This document shows positions 38,048-49,125 of a stretch of 64,000 bases of DNA, in pieces (positions within the stretch are counted from its first letter, which is position 1; every line of letters starts with the position of its first letter). The position numbers were made by a program, and so were the translations under genes. Below the pieces are notes generated by a model that was not told the DNA's origin, did not search any database, and was given only the letters and a program-made list of their open reading frames with translations. The DNA comes from Mobula hypostoma (taxonomy: Eukaryota), in assembly GCF_963921235.1 (NCBI RefSeq), contig NW_026948142.1:62001-126000 (forward strand). The letters are read 5' to 3'.

Positions 38048-38309
38048 TGTGTAGGCATGTGGCCAAGTGGTTAAGGCATTGGACTAGTGATCTGAAGGTT
38101 GTGAGTTCGAGCCCCAGCTAAGGGAACATGTTGTGTCCTTGAGCAAGGCATTTAATCACACATTGCTCTGCGACGACAGTGGTGACATGGAGAGGGGAGA
38201 CTTATAGCATGGGCAACTGCTGGTCTTCCATACAACCTTGCCCAGGCCTGCACCCTGGAGAGTGAAGACTTGGTCTTGCAAGACTAACGGATGCCTTTAC
38301 TTACTTACT
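38048..38309 (+). mobile_element. tRNA-derived SINE
   Basis: A box TGGCCAAGTGG, B box GAGTTCGAGCC, core GTGTCCTTGAGCAAGGCA, (TACT)n tail; TSD TACAT(A/G)TGAAT (38037-38047 and 38310-38320). Confidence 0.85.
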
Positions 38310-38404
38310 TACATGTGAATCAGAATTAGGAGGGCAAAATGAGGACTTGAAATGGTTTAGGCAGCATGGTAAAGGAGAATCCAAAGAGATTTGATTAAAA
38401 TAGT

Positions 38405-39570
38405 TCAAGGTTCAAAGTTCAAAGTAAAATTATTATCAATGGACATATATGTTGCCATATAAAACCTGAGATTCTTTTTTTTGTGGGCAGTCAAAGTAAG
38501 TACAAAGAATCAATGAAAAACACACACACAACAGGACAACCTAACAACCAATATGCAAAAGACAACAAACACAATAATAATAATAAATAAATAAGGAATA
38601 AATATTGAGTACATGAAATTAAGTGTCCTTCAAAGTGAGTCCATAGGTTGTGGAACAGATTAGTGATGGGGGCAAGTGAAGTTACCCTCTCTAGTGCAAG
38701 AGCCTGATAGTTGAGGGGTAGTAACTGTCCCTGAATCTGGTGATGTGGGTCCTGAGGCTCCTGTACCTTCTTCCTGATGGCAACAGTGAGAGAGAGCATG
38801 GTCTGGGTGCTGGGGGTCAGTGATGATGGATGCTGCTTTCCTGTGACGGCACTCCGTGTAAATGTGCTCAATAGTGGGGAGGGCTTTACCCCTGTTGGAC
38901 TGGGCTGTATCCTCTACTTTTTGTAGGATTTTCCGTTCAAAGGCATTGGAGTTTCCATCCCAGGCCATGATGCAACAAGTCAATATACTCTTCACCGCCC
39001 ATTTTAGAAGTTTGCCAAAGTTTTAGATGACAAGCCAACTCTTCGCATACTTCTGAGAAAGCAGAGGCACTTCTGTAATGATACACGCTGGACCCAGGAC
39101 AGAGCCTCTGAAATGATAACACGGAGAAATTTATAGTTGCTGATCCTTTGCACCTCTGATTCTTCATAACTGGCTCATGGACCTCTGACTTCCTGCTCCT
39201 GAAGTCAATAATCAGCTCCTTGGTCTTGCTGATATTAAATGAGAGGTGGTTGTTGTGGCACCACTCAGCCAGATTTTCCATCTTCTTTCTATATGCTGAT
39301 TTATTACCACCTTTGATTCAGCTAATAACGCGGTGTCATCAGCAAGCTTAAATATGGCATCGGAGCTGTGCCTAGCTTCACAATTATAAGTGTAAAGGGA
39401 CTAGAGCAGGGGGCTACGCACACAGCCTTGTGGTGCACCTGTGCTGATGGAGATTGTGGAGGAGATGTTGTTGCCAATCAGAACTGATGGGGCTGCAAGT
39501 AAGAAATTGAGGATCCAATTGCACCAGGAGGTCTTGAAGCTTATTGATTAGTTTTGAGGGGATGGTAGTA
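38405..39570 (-). mobile_element. Rex1 RT 3' portion
   Basis: ORFs 38937-39281 (WCHNNHL..NISKTKELIIDFR) and 38660-38995 (SILTCCIMAW.GN); (TTCAAAG) tail. Confidence 0.8.
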
Positions 39571-40089
39571 TATTAAGAACAATAGCACCAGAGAGAAAAC
39601 AGGGCCCCTTAAGGAATCAGTGTGGTTGTCCATGTGTGGAGCCACAGGAGATGTGAGGTTTGAAACAAATACTTCACATCTGTTTTTACCGTGGAGAAGG
39701 TCACAAAAGCTCAGGAGCTCAGGGAGGAGACCAGTTATGCCATGTTATGGGGGTATGGGGGGTAATACTGCAGTCCTACATAACATTAAGGTGAACAAAT
39801 CACTGGGGCCTGACCAAGTATATCCCAGGACGGCCAGGAAAGAAACTGCGAGGGTACCAGAGATTCAAGATGCTGTGATGTGGAATGAACTGCCAGAGAA
39901 ACGCAGTGTCAGTGGGGGAATGGACGGGTGACAACTGGGAGGATATATCCTGGCTTTTATTTAAAACTACCTTTGGTTAGTTCAAAGGATGGCCCCAGCC
40001 TTCCCCGCACACTCACTGACAGCCGCACAGAGTCTCACTTGGAGCATTACATGTAAAAGGATTTTTACCGACAATCTGCTCCAGTACCC

Positions 40090-40271
40090 CACTCTTAACT
40101 GATTTTTCCTGCCTTATCATACTTGACTCCTGTATCTTAATTCCATCTTATCTCTCCTGGGCCCTGTTCCTTTCCACCTACATACGAGACATCTCACATT
40201 CTCTCCAAGACTTCAACAGTTTTCAGTTCCCTGCCAGACTGCCTCATTTTCACCATAGACATCCTGTCCCT
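40090..40271 (+). mobile_element. Old PLE RT fragment
   Basis: Decayed similarity to YLD..LSPL...TYVRDTSHAL...FQFP...IFTMD.QSL of the young PLE copies. Confidence 0.5.
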
Positions 40272-43200
40272 AGAAACATAGAAAACCTACAACACAATAC
40301 AGGCCCTTCGGCCTGCAATGCTGTGCCAAACATGTACTTACTTTAGAAATTATCCAGGGTTACCCATAGCCTTGTATTTTTCTAAACCCCATATACGATC
40401 CAAGAGTCTCTTAAAAGACCCTATTGCATTCGCCTCCACCACTGTTGCTGGCAGCCCATTCCACACACTCACCACTCTCTGCATAAAAAACTTACCCCTG
40501 ACATCCCCTCTGTACCTACTTCCAAGCACCTTAAAACTGTGCCCTCTCGTGTTAGCCATTTCACCTCTGGGAAAAAGCCTCTGACTATCCACATGATCAA
40601 TGCCTCTCATCATCTTATACACCTCTATCAGGTCACTTCTCATCCTCCAACTCTCCAAGGAGAAAAGGCCAAGTTCACTCAACCTGTTCTCATAAGGCAT
40701 GCTCCCCAAACCAGACAACATCCCTGTAAATCTCCACTGCACCCTTTCTATGGCTTCCACATCCTTCCTGTAGTGAACTGACCAGAACTGAGCACAGTAC
40801 TCCAAGTAAGGTCTGACCAGGGTCCAAGACAGCTGAAATATTACCTCTCAGCTCTTGAACTCAATCCCACGATTGATGAAGGCCAATGCACTGTATGCCT
40901 TCTTAACCACGGAGTCAACCTGTGCAGCTGCTTTGAGTGTCCTATGGACTGGGACCCCAAGATCCCTCTGATCCTCCACACTGCCAAGAGTCTTACCATT
41001 AATACTATATTCTGTCATCATATTTGACCTACCAAAATAAACCACCTCACACTTATCTGGGTTGAACTCCATCTGCCACTTCTTAACCCAGTTTTGCATC
41101 CTATCAATGTCCCGCTGTAACCTCTAACAGCTCTCCAAACTATCCACAACACCCCCAACCTTTGTGTCATCAGCAAATTTACTAACCCATTCCTCCACCT
41201 CCTCATCCAGGTCATTTATAAAAATCACAAAGAGAATGGGTCCCAGAACAGATCCCTGCAGAACACCACTGGTTACTGATCTCCATGCAGAATATGACCC
41301 ATCTACAACCACTCTTTGCCTTCTGTGGGGCAAGCCAATTCTGGATCCACAATGCTAGGTCCCCTTGTATCCCATGCCTTCTTATTTTCTCAATAAGCCT
41401 TGCATGGGTTACCTTATCCAATGCCTTGCTGAAATCCATATACCCTTCATCTGCTGCTCTACTTTCATCAATGTATTTAGTCACTTCCGCAAGAAATCCA
41501 ACCTGCCTTTCACAAAGCCATGCTGACTATTCCTAATGTTACATAACTGGCAACAATGAATATCAATCAAGATGGGTTATATAAAAACAACCAAACATTT
41601 ATTAAACACGGATAAACAAACAAAAACCTTAACCGGAAGTTAACCCTTATGCAGCCGTTCAACAAATCATCACTTGGCACTGGTTCTGAAAGCGTTAAAT
41701 GCGAAAATTGTTCTTAAAACGGTAAAGTCAGATATAGTTCTTAAAATGGTAAATTCAAAAGTCCAACAGATTTATACGTTCAATTGGGAGAGACTTCTCT
41801 GGAGAAAGATTTCTTCGTAGACACGACTTTCCTGCTGGTTCTGTCCGAAGGATTCACGATGCAGTAAATAAACAGTTTAAAACAACTGACCTTAATTTCT
41901 TTTAGAGAAAGCAAACCTTGCATGAACTCCTTGCTCTTTTGGCAAGAGTTATCTGCGATGCAGGTCACTACTCCTTCAACGAAGACTCAATAAGGTCGAT
42001 CCTTTGTTAAACTGCCGAACGATACTGACCCCTCTCAATCCTTCGGGTCCCGTACTTCGTTAAAGTCTTCACTCTCCCTTCTACTGCTGCTGGAATAAGG
42101 TACATCAACACATCTAGCAAAAATTTCCAGTTCAGTAATATTGTACCTTGCAACAGAACGTAACAACCATTTTAAAAATGAAACTGCGGCATAAAAACAA
42201 ATACGCAACACAAACGGAGACACAGTACGTTCTAGCTGGAAATCTAAAAACTAAAAACTAACTGCGTCATCTGGGGTCTCCCCTTATATACCCGTGGTGC
42301 ACATGTCATCACATGACCTCACATCGGCAGGAAAATTACATCAGGTGACCTCCAAAAGACCATTACATCATTCTCACAAAAAAAATCACAGATCTCCTTG
42401 AGGCATGTAACACTAATCATATTATGCCTCTCCAAATGTTCATAAATCCTGCCTCTTAGGATCTTCTTCATCAACTTACAGACTACTGAAGTTAAGACTC
42501 ACTGGTCTATAATTTCCTGGGCTATCTCTACTCCCTTTCTTGAATAAGGGAACAACATCTGCAACCCTCCAGTCCTCCAGAAACTTTCCCATCTCCGTTG
42601 ATGATGCAAAGATCATTGCCAGAGGATCAGCAATTTCCTTCCTCACCTCCCACAGTAGCCTGGGGTATATCTCATCCGGTCCTGGTGACTTATCCATCTT
42701 GATGCTTTCCAAAAGCTCCAGCACATCCTCTTTCTTAATATCTATACGCTCAAACTTTTCTGTCCGCTGCAAGTCATCCTTACAATCACCAAGATCCTTT
42801 TCCATAGTGAATACTGAAGCAAAGTATTCATTAAGTACCTCTGCTATATCCTCCAGTTCCATACACACTTTTCCACTGTCACACTTGATTGGTCCTGTTC
42901 TCTTAGGTCTTATGCTCTTGCTCTTCACATACTTGTCAAATGCCTTGGGGTTTTCTTTAATCCTACTCGCCAAGGCCTTCTCATGGCCTCTTCATTCTTA
43001 AGCTCCTTCCTCCTAGCCATATATTTTTCTAGATCTCTATCATTACCTAGTTTTTTGAACCTTTTGTAAGCTTTTCATTTCTTCTTGTCTAGATTTTCTA
43101 CAGCCTTAGTACAGACAGTTCCTGTACCCTACCATCCTTTCCCTGTCTCATTGGAATACACCACGCAAATATCCCCTGAACATTTGCCATATTTCTGCCC

Positions 43201-43370
43201 TGAGAACATCTGCTCCCAATTTATGCTTTCAAATTCCTGCCTGATAGCTTCATACTTTCCCTTACTCCAATTAAACATTTTCCTAACTTGTCTGTTCCTA
43301 TCTCTCTCCAACTCTATGGTAATTGAGATAGAATTGTGATCACTATCTTCAAAGTGCTCTCCCACTATCG
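40272..43370 (-). mobile_element. CR1 ORF2, interrupted by a solo LTR
   Basis: ORFs 42476-42973, 41212-41484, 40848-41099 and 40350-40805; (CATAGAAA) tail. Confidence 0.88.
41537..42412 (-). mobile_element. Solo LTR, family B
   Basis: 8-bp inverted termini TGTTACAT...ATGTAACA; TSD CTAA (41533-41536 and 42413-42416). Minus strand has TATATAAGG at ~42282-42290 and AATAAA at ~41598-41603. Confidence 0.85.
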
Positions 43371-43374
43371 ATTC

Positions 43375-43950
43375 TTAACAGATCATTGTTAATGCCTCCG
43401 CAATCTCTCCAGCTACTTCCTTCAGAACCCGAGGGTGCATTCCATGCAGTCTAGGAGATTTATCCACCCTCAGACTACTAAGCTTCCTGAGCACTTTCTC
43501 AGTTGTGATTTTCACTGCACATACTTCACTTCCCTGGCACTCTTGAATGTCTGGTATGCTGCAGATGTCTTCCACTGTGAAGACTGATGCAAAATATGCA
43601 TTCAGTTCCTCTGCCATCTCTGCATCTCTCATTACAATATCTCCAGCGTCATTTTCTATTGGTCCTATATCTACCCTCAACTCTCTTTTACCCTTTATAT
43701 ACTTAAAAATGCGTTTATTATCTTCTTTGATATTAGATGCCAGCTTCCTTTCATAATTCATCTTTTCTTTCCTAATGAGCTCCTTAGTTTCCTTCTGCAA
43801 GTTTTTAAAAGCTTCCCAATCCTCTATTTCCCACTAGCTCTGGCTTCCTTGTATGCCCTCTCTTTTGCTTTTACTGTGGCTCTGACTTCACTTGTCAGCC
43901 ATGGTGGTGTCCTTCTTCCCTTTGAAAATTTTTCCTTATTTGGAATATAG
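43375..43950 (-). mobile_element. CR1 ORF2 internal fragment
   Basis: ORF 43375-43800 is closely similar to ORF 4115-4500. Confidence 0.8.
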
Positions 43951-44029
43951 CTGCCTTTTCAGCAGCTACATGGAAATTACACAGGGAGTGCTCCCCACTA
44001 CATGATTTATAAACAAGCTGGCTTGAGAA

Positions 44030-44143
44030 AAGAATTGATAGATAGTCTCAGTTCAAAACACTGACTGCTAATCCCCTCCATAGATGTTACTTGATGTGCT
44101 GAGTTCCTCCAACATTTTGTGCGTGTTACTCTGGATTTCCAGT
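44030..44143 (+). mobile_element. Degenerate PLE-terminus unit
   Basis: ATAGATG...TGCTGAGTTCCTCCA.CATTTTGTG...GGATTTCCAG matches the unit consensus. Confidence 0.55.
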
Positions 44144-44144
44144 A

Positions 44145-44695
44145 TAGAGTCATACAAAAGTGCAGCACAGAAACAGACTCTTTAGCCACTCTCATCCATG
44201 CCAGACTGTCTACTCCTATTGATCAGCACCAGGACCATAACCCTCCATATCCCTACCACCCATGTACCTATCCAAACTTCTCTTAAACATTGAAATCAAG
44301 CTCACATGCACCACTTGCACAGTCATCTCGTTCCACACTCTCATGACCCTCTGAGTGAAAAAGTTTTCCCTCATGTTCCTCTTAAATTTTTCACCTTTCA
44401 CCCTTAACCCATGACCTCTAGTTGCAATCCCACCCAACCTCAGTGGAACAAAGCTGCTTGCATTTACCCTATCTATACCCCTCACAATGTTGTCTACCTC
44501 TATCAAATCTCCTTTCAGTCTTCTATGTTCCAAGGAATAAAATCCAAACCTATTCAATCTTTCCTTATGACGCAGGTTCTCCAGTCCCAGCAACATACCT
44601 GTGAGTTTTTTCTATACTCTTTTAACCTTATTTACAACTTTCCTGTAGATAGATGACCAAAACTGCACACAATAGTCCAAATTAGGCCTAACCAG
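44145..44695 (-). mobile_element. CR1 3' portion
   Basis: ORF 44216-44596. Confidence 0.8.
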
Positions 44696-44829
44696 CTGGC
44701 CACTGTCCAACTTGTAACCAACTGGCCCTGTGTCTCCTGGTAACTCTGTAAATGAGCATTTGACAGGAAATGACATCATCAGCCATGTCTCAGTGGAAAA
44801 GATGGCATTTGTACAGCTAATCATAAGCA

Positions 44830-44940
44830 TAACAGATTCTGCAGATGCTGGAAATCCAGAATAACATGCACAAAATGCTGGAGGAACTCAGCAGGTCAGG
44901 CAGCATATAATAGTTGACGTTTTGGGGCATCCCTCATCAT
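44830..44940 (-). mobile_element. Degenerate PLE-terminus unit
   Basis: CTGCAGATGCTGGAAATCCAG...AAAATGCTGGAGGAACTCAGCAGG...GTTGACGTTTT..CCTCATCA. Confidence 0.6.
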
Positions 44941-45139
44941 TTGTACAGGCAATGGTTTACACCGGGAGATGAATTTCCTCAGTTCTCTGCCATAATTCAC
45001 ACCTAAATTAATTTGTCAGACGAATGCTGGTAATTTACTAGCAGAGGATTAGTAGGCCAAGTGGCCTTTTCCTGTGTTGTAATTGTTCTGTCATCCTATG
45101 GTTTAATTCCTCTAACATAGTCAATGACTATATAAATTG

Positions 45140-45439
45140 CAAACATGAGGAAATCTGCAGATGCTGGAAATTCAAACAACACACACAAAATGCTGGTGGA
45201 ACGCAGCAGTTCAGACAGCATCTATAGGAAGAGGTACAGTCGACGTTTCGGGCCGAGACCCTTTGTCGGGACTAACTGAAAGAAGGGATAGTAAGAGAGT
45301 CAGGACTAACTGATAAGAAGAGATAGTAAGAGTTTCAGTTAGTCCTGACGAAGGGTCTCGGCCCAAAACGTCAACTGTACCTCTTCCTATAGATGCTGCC
45401 TGACCTGCTGTGTTCCACCAGCATTTTGTGTGTGTTGCT
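45140..45439. mobile_element. Inverted doublet of PLE-terminus/hammerhead units inserted as one piece
   Basis: 15-bp TSD TGACTATATAAATTG (45125-45139 and 45440-45454). Mutated hammerhead motifs at 45238-45273 (-) and 45341-45376 (+). Confidence 0.85.
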
Positions 45440-46484
45440 TGACTATATAAATTGGTTTATTATTGTCACATGTAGCAAGGTACAGTGAAAAACCTATCTT
45501 CCACACTGTTCATACAGATCAGATCATTACACGGCATTGAGCTAGAACAAAGAAAAAACAATAACAGAATGCAGAATAAAGTGCTATAGTTACAGAGAAA
45601 ATGCAGAGCAGGCAGACAATAAGGTACAAAATCACAACAAGGCAGATTGTGAGGTCAACACTCCATCTTATCGTACTAGGGGACTGTTCAGTAGTCTGAT
45701 AACAGCGGGCAGAAGCTGTCCTTGAACCGGGTGGCATATGCTTTTAGGCTCATGGATCTTCTGTCAATGGGGGTGCCTGGGATGGTATGATAACTGTTTT
45801 ACTGAGACACTAAGAAGTGTGGACAGAGAGTATGGAGGAGTGGCTAGTTTCTGTGATGTGCTGAATAGTATCCACAGTTTTCCATATTTCTCCCTGTGCT
45901 GATCACTCCTTCTCTCCAAGATCTCTTCCCCGATCTGCTCTACACAGCTTTCAAGCTTTGATCCCTGTCACCTTGCCACCCACTCCCTACCCATCCTCCA
46001 ACATCTGCTCCCAAGCTCTCCATATCTTTCTCTTTAACAAATCTCCTCAGGACATCAAAAAAGTTTCCAGAAAGAACTAAACTCTGTACTGGCTGCCACT
46101 CCTTGTATCTGAGATGTGATTCATTCGAAGAAAATAATTTCAGAACTGAATTCAGTGCTCCAACACATAATTAATCTCAGAATTAACCTATCACATGCAA
46201 AATATTAATTAAGAACCAGTTGTGGCTGCTCAGCCTGTTTCGTAACTGGTTGCTGTGAGCAGCTATTACAAATTACCTGCTGGGAACAGGCAAACACTGT
46301 TCAGTGCACAACAGCTGGTGCAGGAAAGGTGAGAATTAGTGATTTGTACTGAGGCTGTAGTCCTTCATAAGTAAATACATTTCCAGCTATCATGGAGGAA
46401 ACCTCTCGACACAATATTATGAGGTAATGTTCAGCTTCTTTAGCGCAGTGGGCAAGGTGATGAAAATCCAAAAATGTAAATAGT

Positions 46485-46595
46485 CCTGAAACGTCAACTC
46501 TTCAATCCATAGATTCTGCCTGACCTGCTGAATTCCTCCGGCATTTTGTGAGTGTTACTCAGGATTTTCAATATCAGCAGAATCTCATGTTTGTA
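46485..46595 (+). mobile_element. Degenerate PLE-terminus unit, truncated within the hammerhead
   Basis: CCTGAAACGTCAACT...ATAGATTCTGCCTGACCTGCTG...CAGCAGAATCTCATGTTTG. Confidence 0.6.
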
Positions 46596-47022
46596 AATAG
46601 TCCCTCTTCACCAAGGGCTGGCAGGGTAGAGGTGTGGAGATGGCTCCAATTCAGCAGGGCTAAGACTTATAGGAAACTATGCAGGTATGCTGAGAATTCT
46701 GATTGTTTCATATTGGAGACAGATGTTCCCTATAAAACACTAGGCCTGGTTCTTTCTTCACATACTCTGCCTGATCCACTAAATGTTTACAGCAGTCTAA
46801 ACTTTAATACAATTGAGCTCTTCCACACTGCCCTTGGCTCTAAACTCAGAGGCACCAACCAACCAGACTGCAAAGGGAAACAGAGTAGCATTGTTCTGGA
46901 ACAACATCAGCCAAGGCTTTGGAACGTGAGGGCTCAGTACCAGCCATTCTTCAATTCACTTCAGTTTCAAGTGTAAACAGGACGGGAATTGACATGTTTA
47001 AAACATCATATTGACTTTGTAC

Positions 47023-47220
47023 CACACACGAAATGCTGGAGAAACTCAGCAGATCAGGCAGCATCTATGGAGAGGAATAATCACAAACAAGAGAAAATCT
47101 GCAGATGCTGGAAATCCAAGCAACACACACAAAATGCTGCAGGGACTCAGCAGGCCAAGCAGCATCTATGGAAAAGAGTACAGTCAATGTTTCAGTCCAA
47201 GACCCTTCACCTGGACTGAC
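47023..47220 (-). mobile_element. Two adjacent PLE-terminus units (partial + complete, degenerate hammerhead)
   Basis: 47082-47220 matches 27958-28094; 47023-47080 is a partial older copy. Confidence 0.65.
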
Positions 47221-47284
47221 AAAGGTTAGCAAGTCGTGTCAAGTCAACAACTGTCTGTCAGAATGGTTAGATTTAACTTACAGA

Positions 47285-47704
47285 CTTCTCCATGGATTGT
47301 CACCTTGTCGTGGTGGAGAAGCTTGTGTGGTCCTGTGATCCCCAGAGCAATGCCGTCTGGAGCTATGCTCCTGGTAGGGTCACCCATGGCGGTAAGGTCG
47401 AGGATGAGGTCCCTGACAAAGAACAATCCAACCAAGACCTCAACGGTGGAACAAGTAGACGAAGTTACTTCGAACTCAACGGCTGTGAAGGCGGATGAAG
47501 GCTGCAGCAAATCCATCAGCTCCAATTGTCGTGGTTTCCATGCCATTGGAATCAGTTGGTTGATTTGTGAAGTATGGTGTGCTTCTTGGAGTGCAACATC
47601 AAGTACCTATTAAGCAAATACACGCACAGGTGTCTTCACTCTGTGGGCCACTTCAGAATGAAGACCATCATCCTCGACCTCAAGGGATAGCCACCGGGAC
47701 AACA
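47285..47704 (+). mobile_element. Bipartite non-autonomous RTE derivative (5'UTR + 3' end)
   Basis: 5' CACCTTGTCGTGGTGG...GATCCC..GC.ATG..GGTAGGGTCACCCA resembles RTE (Rex3/BovB) 5'UTRs. The 3' ACCATCATCCT...GGATAGCC matches the RTE end at 12828-12865. TSD AA(C/T)TTACAGA (47275-47284 and 47705-47714). Confidence 0.7.
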
Positions 47705-47946
47705 AATTTACAGAGCGAGGTTGAGAGTGATTTGTAGGATGCGAGAGGCACTGTAGATGATAGGGTGGGGCCACATAGACAAGATTATTGCATCAGTTTG
47801 AGAATGCTGATTTTCTTCGAGTCACATGTCACTAATAGCTGTGAGAGGGAAAGCTTCATGGGGATCAGAGAGGGAGAATTTAGCAGGGATTGTAGGGGTA
47901 AGATATCACAGAGATCAGTGTGGGTCAATTGGCAGGGTTCTAAGCC

Positions 47947-48212
47947 GGAGGAGTTGATGGGGGTCCGAGCGGGAGGATTTGACGGGGGTCCGAGCGGGAG
48001 GATTTGACAGGGGGTCCGAGCGGGAGGATTTGACAGGGGGTCCGAGCGGGAGGATTTGACAGGGGGTCCGAGCGGGAGGACTTGACGGGAGTCCGAGCGG
48101 GGGGATTTGACGGGGGGTCCGAGCGGGAGGATTTGACAGGGGGTCCGAGCGGGAGGATTTGACGGGAGTCCGAGCAGAAGGATTTGACAGGGGGTCCGAG
48201 TAGGAGGACTTG
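47947..48212. repeat. G-rich minisatellite, ~10 x 25-26 bp (GGGGGTCCGAGCGGGAGGATTTGACA)
   Basis: Ten TCCGAG-containing units counted, embedded in a decayed CR1 EN region. Confidence 0.95.
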
Positions 48213-48410
48213 TGGCCATTATAGGGAGATGGTTGCAGTGTGAAGAGGATTGGGAATTAAATATCTAAGATTATCATGTAATACGAAAGGATCGGCAGGA
48301 AGGTAAGGGAGGTGGGGTAGTGCTCTTAAATAAAGATGAGATCAGAGCAATGGTGAGAGGCAATATAAGATCTAAGCAGTAGAATGTTAAATCCATCTGG
48401 GTAGAGATTT

Positions 48411-49125
48411 GACCATAAGACCATTTGGCCCATCAAGTCTGCTCCACCATTCAATCATGGCTAATCATTTTTCTTCTTTTCCTCAACACCATTTCCCGGC
48501 CTTCTCCCCGTAACCTTAGATGCATGTCCAATCAAGAACCTATCAGTCTCTGCCTCAAATACACCCAACAACTTGGCCTCCACAGCTGCATGTGGCAATA
48601 AATTTCACAAATTCACCATCCTTTGGCTAAAGAAATTTCTCCACTTCTCTGTTTTGAAATGACACCCCTCTATCCTGAGGTTGTGTCCTCTTGTCCTAGA
48701 CTCCCCCACCATGGGAAACATCCTTTCCACATCTACTCTGTCCAGGTCTTTCAGCATTCGAAAAGTTTCAATGAGATCCCTCCCTCATCCTTCTAAATTC
48801 CAGCGAGTACAGACCCAGAGCCATCAAACATTCCTCATACACACTTGGAGTATTGTGCTCCGTTCTGGTCACCTCATTACAGGAAGAATGTGGAAACTAT
48901 AGAAGCGGTGCAGAGGAGATTGGGGAGCATACCTTTCAAGAATAGGTTGAGTGAACTTGGCCTTTTCTCCTTGGAGCAATGGAGGATGAGAGTTGACCTG
49001 ATAGAGGTGTACAAGATAATGAGAGGCATTGATCGTGTGGATAGCCAGAGGCTTTTTCCCAGGGCTGAAATGGCTAACACGAGAGGACACAGTTTTAAGT
49101 TGCTTGGAAGTAGGTATAGAGGAGA
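48411..49125. mobile_element. Two CR1 3' fragments (48411-48838 minus; 48840-49125 plus)
   Basis: CCATAAGA tail on the minus fragment; ORF 48845-49144 on the plus fragment. Confidence 0.7.

Noticed and set aside
38053..38122. tRNA gene
   Set aside because: A and B boxes are present, but the sequence continues into a SINE body, tail and TSD, and there is no convincing acceptor stem.
46548..46976. 142-aa ORF as a host gene
   Set aside because: It begins inside a repeat unit at a non-ATG codon and has no recognisable domain.
47785..48219. Proline-rich 144-aa ORF, or a CRISPR-like array
   Set aside because: It is the translation of a head-to-tail minisatellite. There are no unique spacers and no cas genes, and the context is eukaryotic.
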